Origin: Candidatus Hermodarchaeota archaeon
GTDB lineage: Archaea > Asgardarchaeota > Hermodarchaeia > Hermodarchaeales > Hermodarchaeaceae
Assembly (NCBI GenBank): GCA_016840135.1
Contig: JAEOSX010000168.1
Span: 1-18,170 of the forward strand
Length of the DNA stretch: 18,170 bases
Direction: 5' to 3'
Shown: positions 13,901 to 18,170 of the stretch, one piece after another
Layout of the letters: every line of letters begins with the position of its first letter
Numbering within the stretch: the first letter of the stretch is position 1
Program-made: the position numbers and the translations under genes
The notes under the pieces: generated by a model
What the model was told of the DNA's origin: nothing
Databases searched by the model: none
The model's input: only the letters and a program-made list of their open reading frames with translations

Positions 13901-16219
13901 TTAATATCGAAGGAAAGGCTTGCCTTTAACAATACGGCTAACTATCGAGTTAATTTTGGCTCGCTTTACGATGCCTTCAAAGCGTCGTTTAATATGTGGG
14001 ATATTCACTTTCTCAGGATTAACACGAAGCTTCTTGGCGAGCGCAATGAAGAGGCGCTTGAAATCATAGACTAGACACCTCTTTTCTTCCTCCTCGCCTT
14101 CACTGACTGCGAGTCCCTGTTCAATAGCTGTGCGCAACTCGTTTATGTAGTAAACTTTCGCCTTTTCGTAGCTCATCGCCTTCTCTTTAATTAGCTCCTG
14201 TAAGAAGGGTAAACCAAACTTTGATCGAGCTATCTTTTCAAGACGTGCCAAGAGTGCGTTAAGAATATCGTCGTGAGACAATTTATCATAATCTGCAAGC
14301 TTAGTTGGAATATGCTTGACAAGCTCTTGCTCTTCAGTCAATGAACCAGAAAGTGGCACAGGTTCTGTAGTAATTGTGGTTCTTATCTTCGGCTTTGGTG
14401 TAGTTCTGGTTCTTCTCTTTGGTTTGGTCTTGGTTCTAGTTCTTCTCTTTGGAGTGGTTATGGTCTCTACAGATGGCTCTGGAACAGTAATTTTTATTGT
14501 CGGCTTCGGCGTGGTGATTTCTACTGTTTTTGGTGGCTGGATTTCCACTGTAGGTTCTTGTGTAGTAATTTTTATTGTCGGCTTCGGCGTGGTAATCTCT
14601 GTTGTTCTTGGCTTAGTGGTTCTATGGTCCGTTTTCGGTTCACTAGTTTCCTGAGTTGGTTTTGGTACCGCAGTCTCACGTACCCCCCTCGGTTTTGGTT
14701 CGGTAGTTTCATGTGCGATTTTAGGCACAGGGGCATCACTAACTATTGTTGGTGCGGAGGTTTCAGGTTCTTGTTTAGGTATGAGCTTTGGAGTCTTGAA
14801 CTGCTGTTTAGCTGTCGCTTTTGGAGCCTTGGTCTTTGGTCTTTGTTCAGTTGCTGATGGAGTTTTAGGCGCCTGTTCAGTTTTTCCTTTGAGGTGAGGC
14901 TTGGGTGTAGGATCCATATCAAAGCTCAGTATTTTCTTGCCCTGAGCAAGTCGTTGGATATCGTCTTCAGTGAGTGTTAAATGCTGAGTTAGGAGCCATC
15001 GGGTTCTTACACGAATCATATTATCCGGTAAAATCGGGTTCACAACGAGGAACCGAGCTAGCGTTAAACGTGAGATTTCATCGATTAGCGGCGTTTGGTT
15101 CTGCTCGCCAATTGATTGGTCTAGCAGATGTTGAATCGTCTTTTGGGATTGCGGTGAGATAATTCGACCTAAGCCTAGAGTATTAAACTGGTCAAAAGCC
15201 TTGTAATCGAGATCTCTAGGAGATTGGGTGGCAACCATACAAATAATTCCGTACTTGCGTGCTTGACGGAAAAGCATCAGAAAGGTATCCTTCGGACCTG
15301 GTTTTAGGGCGCCCGCTGGCACGAACGGTGCTATTTCATCTGTGAAGAAGACTAACCTCGGAGTCTTGGAGGAGCCTTGCTGCAGCATCCAGCTATACAT
15401 CTGGCTTAGGAGAATGGAAACGAAGAACATCTTCTCCTCCTCGCTTCTCAGTGTCTTCAAGAAGAAGATGTTTAGTGGGGTTTTCCCCTCGACTTTCTCT
15501 ACAATTCTGGAAAAGTCGATGGGTTCACCGGTACTGAAGAGTAGTTGAGAGGTTCCAATAGTTAAGCTGCGTATCGCGTGGCTCAGGCGCAGCCGCTCTG
15601 CCGGCTTCATAAACTTGTCGAGTGGGACTCCCAGCTCCTCAGGAGTTTGTGCAACTAAATCAGCAAGTTCGGAGAGGTCACTTATCTCTCGCTTTCTGTC
15701 CCAAAAGAACTTCAGTATTTCGAAGATAATGGCGAAGGCTCTGCTCTCGTGGGTTCCTGGTAGCCCCGCAGTTTTAATTAGAACCCGAACTAGTGTGCGT
15801 GACGAGTTATCTATAATCCTGATGACATCTTCTGGATCCGCCTTGCGGCTAGGTAAAACAAGAGGATTGACTGAGATACGTGACCCTTTTGAACTCGCGG
15901 GTGTGAAGATTCGGACCGCAACCCTCTCCTTGAATTCCTTTTGCATCTCTCTGCTAATCCCATTCCTTTCTAGCTCTTCGGGATTACCAGGCATCGCTAG
16001 ACTGGCGAGGTCCCCTTGGGGATCAAGAGCGATAATTGGAATTCCATGGCGTGCCGCCTCTTCAAGAATAATCTTGCAGAATACTGTTTTACCTGAGCCA
16101 GTGGTTCCAAACGTTCCTAGGTGGCGCCTAAGCATATCCGCGTCAAGATGGACCAGTTTGTCAGTGACTTTCCCATCTGCTGTGAACTCGTATCCTATCC
16201 AGAATTTCATCCTATACAC
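13901..16219 (-). CDS. HerA/FtsK-superfamily (DUF87-like) P-loop ATPase with a long basic Pro/Thr/Lys-rich linker and a C-terminal helical domain
   Basis: Walker A FGTTGSGKT lies at nt 16085-16108 and Walker B RLVFFTDEIAPF follows. The ATQSPRDLD motif is typical of HerA/VirB4/FtsK-like pumps, and the arginine-containing LGLGRI follows it. The ATPase module covers aa ~1-430. Aa ~435-625 are low complexity. Aa ~626-772 are predicted helical with no recognised motif. Confidence 0.85.
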   Translation of the reverse strand: MYRMKFWIGYEFTADGKVTDKLVHLDADMLRRHLGTFGTTGSGKTVFCKIILEEAARHGIPIIALDPQGDLASLAMPGNPEELERNGISREMQKEFKERVAVRIFTPASSKGSRISVNPLVLPSRKADPEDVIRIIDNSSRTLVRVLIKTAGLPGTHESRAFAIIFEILKFFWDRKREISDLSELADLVAQTPEELGVPLDKFMKPAERLRLSHAIRSLTIGTSQLLFSTGEPIDFSRIVEKVEGKTPLNIFFLKTLRSEEEKMFFVSILLSQMYSWMLQQGSSKTPRLVFFTDEIAPFVPAGALKPGPKDTFLMLFRQARKYGIICMVATQSPRDLDYKAFDQFNTLGLGRIISPQSQKTIQHLLDQSIGEQNQTPLIDEISRLTLARFLVVNPILPDNMIRVRTRWLLTQHLTLTEDDIQRLAQGKKILSFDMDPTPKPHLKGKTEQAPKTPSATEQRPKTKAPKATAKQQFKTPKLIPKQEPETSAPTIVSDAPVPKIAHETTEPKPRGVRETAVPKPTQETSEPKTDHRTTKPRTTEITTPKPTIKITTQEPTVEIQPPKTVEITTPKPTIKITVPEPSVETITTPKRRTRTKTKPKRRTRTTPKPKIRTTITTEPVPLSGSLTEEQELVKHIPTKLADYDKLSHDDILNALLARLEKIARSKFGLPFLQELIKEKAMSYEKAKVYYINELRTAIEQGLAVSEGEEEEKRCLVYDFKRLFIALAKKLRVNPEKVNIPHIKRRFEGIVKRAKINSIVSRIVKGKPFLRY
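14350..14917 (-). repeat. In-frame low-complexity and tandem-repeat coding region (Pro/Thr/Lys/Arg-rich) inside the HerA-like gene
   Basis: The region encodes ...TPKPHLKGKTEQAPKTPSATEQRPKTKAPK...TTPKPTIKITTQEPTVEIQPPKTVEITTPKPTIKITVPEPSVETITTPKRRTRTKTKPKRRTRTTPKPKIRTT. At DNA level, AGTAATTTTTATTGTCGGCTTCGGCGTGGT starts at both 14486 and 14564 (78-bp period, 30 identical nt, then 2 mismatches in the next 7). GTTCTTCTCTTTGG occurs at 14409 and 14439 (30-bp period). Confidence 0.85.
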
Positions 16220-16371
16220 TTCTATGGCTTGAGAAATTCCTCTCAGTCTAGTTTAGTCCTCTAGAAAAAATATCCAGTTCTAAGGCTATAAACTATCTGC
16301 TTACAATGACTATGTGTAGCCTCAATTGGCGATTCCGTTAATAGCCGTCAGGAGAATGAATCAATATCTTG

Positions 16372-17751
16372 CTAGCTTTCTTGCTGAGGGAGTGGTGTAA
16401 TATACTTGTGTGGAGCAGCCTCAATTGGCTTCAAGTACTTCAGTAGTGGCTTTGGAATAAGGATACGGCCATCGGGTTGAATGTTGTTCTCAAGCACCGC
16501 TGTAATCGCACGGGTAGTCGCAATTACCGTAGAATTCAATGTGTGCACGAAGCCCTTGGTGGGGTGTCCCCGCTTCTCGGCAAACCTTGTATCGAGGCGT
16601 GCGGATTGATAGTCCGTGCAGTTGCTACAAGAGACCATCTCCCGATACTTGCCTTGGGACGGCATCCACACCTCCATATCATAGGTCTTCGCAGCTACTT
16701 TTCCAAGGTCACCGCCACACATATTCACGATACGGAAGGGAAGGCCCAGCGGTTCCCACACTTCTTCTACATTCTGAATCATTTTCTCAATCCATTCCCA
16801 AGAATCCTCAGGATGACAGAACACAAACTGTTCGACTTTAGAAAATTGATGGACACGGAAGATTCCTTTTGTATCCTTGCCGTGGGCTCCTGCTTCCTTC
16901 CTGTAGCATGGACTGTATCCTGCAAGAAGTAAGGGTAGTTCATCAATCTCGAGGACTTCTCGCATGTATCGCGCAGCAATTGGGTGCTCAGAGGTAGCAA
17001 TCAGGTATAGGTCACGGTTTTCCAGTTTGTAAAGTGCGTCCTCGAAAGCGCCGATGTCTGTAACTCCACTGTATGCATCATGGTTCAATAGGTGGGGGGG
17101 CATTACAGGGACGAAACCACGCCGAGTGATTTCATCTAGAGCATAAAGTCCAAGAGCTTGATTTAGCCAGAAAATTTGATCAATTAGAAAGTAGTATCTT
17201 GTTCCGGTGGTCTTTGCGGCTCGTTCGGTGTCTATCATACCTGTCTGTTCAGAGATGTCATAATGGCTAGGTGGCTGTTCTTCAGTTACAGTGTATTTAG
17301 CTGGGAGTCCTTGGGCATCAGCTAGAAATTGTTCAAGGTAATTCTGCCAGACTCGAGGTGTTCCTATATACTTGACTGGTTGGTTCTCTGTTTCATCCCG
17401 TCCCTCAGGAACACTCTCGTGTGCGATGTTAGGGATACTCTGCAGTACGCTTGTTCGCTGTTTGTCAATCTTCTCAACACGTTGTTCCTCTTTAGAAACC
17501 TTCTCTGATAGCAGTTTAGTTTCCTGTATTAATCGCTGTTTTTCCTTCTGTTCCTTGGTTTTAGCGATACGTCGGGAGACCTCGTTTCGTTGTCGTTGTA
17601 GTTCACTTACTTTTGCTCGCGCCTTACGCCACTTAGCATCAAGTCTGACTGCTTTGTCTACGACACTGGTGTCTAGTCCACGCAGTCGCTGGGAACAACG
17701 CAGTTTTTCTGGATTATTCCGCACTGCTTCAAGTATACTCCAAGCACTCAA
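16372..17751 (-). CDS. serS: Seryl-tRNA synthetase (class IIa, standard non-methanogen type); TTG start
   Basis: The N-terminus ILEAVRNNPEKL....LRGLDTSVVDKAVRLDAKWRKARAKVSELQRQRNEVSRRI is the canonical SerRS coiled-coil arm. Motif 2 is CYRKEAGAHGKDTKGIFRVHQFSKVEQFVF. Motif 3 region is GFVHTLNSTVIATTRAITAVLENNIQPDG. Confidence 0.93.
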   Translation of the reverse strand: MSAWSILEAVRNNPEKLRCSQRLRGLDTSVVDKAVRLDAKWRKARAKVSELQRQRNEVSRRIAKTKEQKEKQRLIQETKLLSEKVSKEEQRVEKIDKQRTSVLQSIPNIAHESVPEGRDETENQPVKYIGTPRVWQNYLEQFLADAQGLPAKYTVTEEQPPSHYDISEQTGMIDTERAAKTTGTRYYFLIDQIFWLNQALGLYALDEITRRGFVPVMPPHLLNHDAYSGVTDIGAFEDALYKLENRDLYLIATSEHPIAARYMREVLEIDELPLLLAGYSPCYRKEAGAHGKDTKGIFRVHQFSKVEQFVFCHPEDSWEWIEKMIQNVEEVWEPLGLPFRIVNMCGGDLGKVAAKTYDMEVWMPSQGKYREMVSCSNCTDYQSARLDTRFAEKRGHPTKGFVHTLNSTVIATTRAITAVLENNIQPDGRILIPKPLLKYLKPIEAAPHKYITPLPQQES

Positions 17752-17888
17752 CTTCCTACACCTAAAGGATTCCCACTGCCCTTAACCCTAAAAGCATTCC
17801 TTTATTCATCAAGACCATTCTCTTCTATAGTTGGAGATGACCTTCGTCTTTCTTGGAGGGACTATCAGTGATATCGGCTCGACTAGGT

Positions 17889-18170
17889 CTAGAACCATTT
17901 CTTACGACGCGCATAGACTACCAAGATTACAAGGAAGGCTACAACTACAACTGCCCCTACAATCCACCATGGAAAGGGAATCTGATCGTGGATGAGAATT
18001 TCTTGCAGCAGTTCTGTTTGGTTCAACAGGGCAAGAGTGCTAATAGCCCAATGTGTTTGCAGAGCAAGCCCACTTCCTTCTGCTGAATCTGCGAATCCTC
18101 CATCATCAATCTGCTTGTTGATAACCCATGAAGCAGTTTCTTCTTCCTGAATTTGATTTTCTGCATCAAG
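17889..18170 (-). CDS. 3' end of a gene running off the right window edge: a membrane-anchored protein with a prenyltransferase/terpene-cyclase-like (alpha-alpha toroid) repeat. It is not in the supplied ORF track.
   Basis: My own reverse-strand translation from nt 18170 is LDAENQIQEEETASWVINKQIDDGGFADSAEGSGLALQTHWAISTLALLNQTELLQEILIHDQIPFPWWIVGAVVVVAFLVILVVYARRKKWF, ending at a stop (TAG, complement of 17889-17891). W..N.Q..DGGF.......T.WA...L is the classic repeat signature. The C-terminal hydrophobic helix plus RRKK is a stop-transfer anchor. It has no start in the window, which is why the ORF caller missed it. Confidence 0.6.
   Translation of the reverse strand, partial: LDAENQIQEEETASWVINKQIDDGGFADSAEGSGLALQTHWAISTLALLNQTELLQEILIHDQIPFPWWIVGAVVVVAFLVILVVYARRKKWF

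Noticed and set aside
13862-14074. 70-aa plus-strand ORF overlapping the 3' end of the HerA-like gene
   Set aside because: It begins inside the terminator-like hairpin and runs antisense to the conserved-looking C-terminal helical domain. It has no supporting motif.
14316-14857. Two plus-strand ORFs (112 and 99 aa) with Val/Gly/Phe-rich, TM-looking repeats
   Set aside because: They are the complement of the Lys/Thr/Pro repeat codons in the HerA-like linker. The apparent hydrophobic repeats are a mirror artefact of that tandem repeat.
15615-16232. 205-aa plus-strand ORF opposite the ATPase domain of the HerA-like gene
   Set aside because: It is fully nested antisense to a gene with intact Walker A/B and ATQ motifs. 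The product is Ser/Leu/Arg-rich with no recognisable features, so it is a typical shadow ORF.
16477-17000. Three ORFs (151, 100 and 73 aa) inside serS in other frames or on the other strand
   Set aside because: They are nested within a gene that has all the class-II SerRS motifs, and they have no motifs of their own.
17853-18086. 77-aa plus-strand ORF from the supplied track
   Set aside because: It overlaps the minus-strand reading frame, which has a clear DGGF alpha-toroid repeat, a TM anchor and a basic stop-transfer tail. The plus-strand product has no recognisable features.
1-18170. Scan for tRNA, rRNA, CRISPR arrays, IS elements, transposases, integrases and toxin-antitoxin or restriction-type defence genes
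   Set aside because: - No T-loop-type GTTCRANYC occurs in a cloverleaf context; the GTTCGA hits at ~1095, ~2701 and ~13819 are inside CDSs.
- There are no regularly spaced direct repeats outside the coding repeat at 14409-14600.
- No DDE, tyrosine or serine recombinase motifs and no terminal inverted repeats were seen.
- The HerA-like genes therefore cannot be tied to a mobile or defence island from this window alone.

Overview
This window looks like a gene-dense chromosomal segment from an Asgard archaeon. All calls rest on reading the supplied translations and DNA and comparing them with family motifs I remember; no searches were run.

The left third (1-5014) is a compact eukaryote-like ESCRT locus:
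- Vps28-like ESCRT-I, truncated at the window edge
- a small helical ORF that resembles a second Vps28 C-terminal domain
- Vps22/SNF8-like and Vps25-like ESCRT-II
- Vps4 (MIT domain plus AAA ATPase)
- two ESCRT-III paralogs, one Vps2/24/46-like and one Vps20/32/60(Snf7)-like

A 498-aa multidomain protein sits convergently against the ESCRT-III pair. It has a RING-like Cys cluster, a zinc ribbon, a helical region, a GRAM/GLUE/PH-like domain and a SHOCT-like tail. It is the best candidate here for an undescribed ESCRT-associated component.

The rest of the window mixes two kinds of genes:
- Housekeeping: metallophosphoesterase, UbiA-family DGGGP-synthase-like prenyltransferase, archaeal/eukaryotic-type AspRS, HD-domain hydrolase and SerRS.
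- Further eukaryotic-signature or unusual genes: a gelsolin-domain protein with an unknown C-terminal domain, tightly linked to a Roadblock/LC7 protein; a 772-aa HerA/FtsK-like P-loop ATPase with a ~190-aa basic Pro/Thr/Lys repeat linker; and a 325-aa paralog of that ATPase whose Walker A, Walker B and ATQ motifs are all degenerate.

A 3'-terminal gene fragment at the right edge on the minus strand is missing from the ORF track. I could support no rRNA, tRNA, CRISPR array, transposase or integrase. Many longest-ORF starts are TTG or GTG, so several start coordinates are uncertain.
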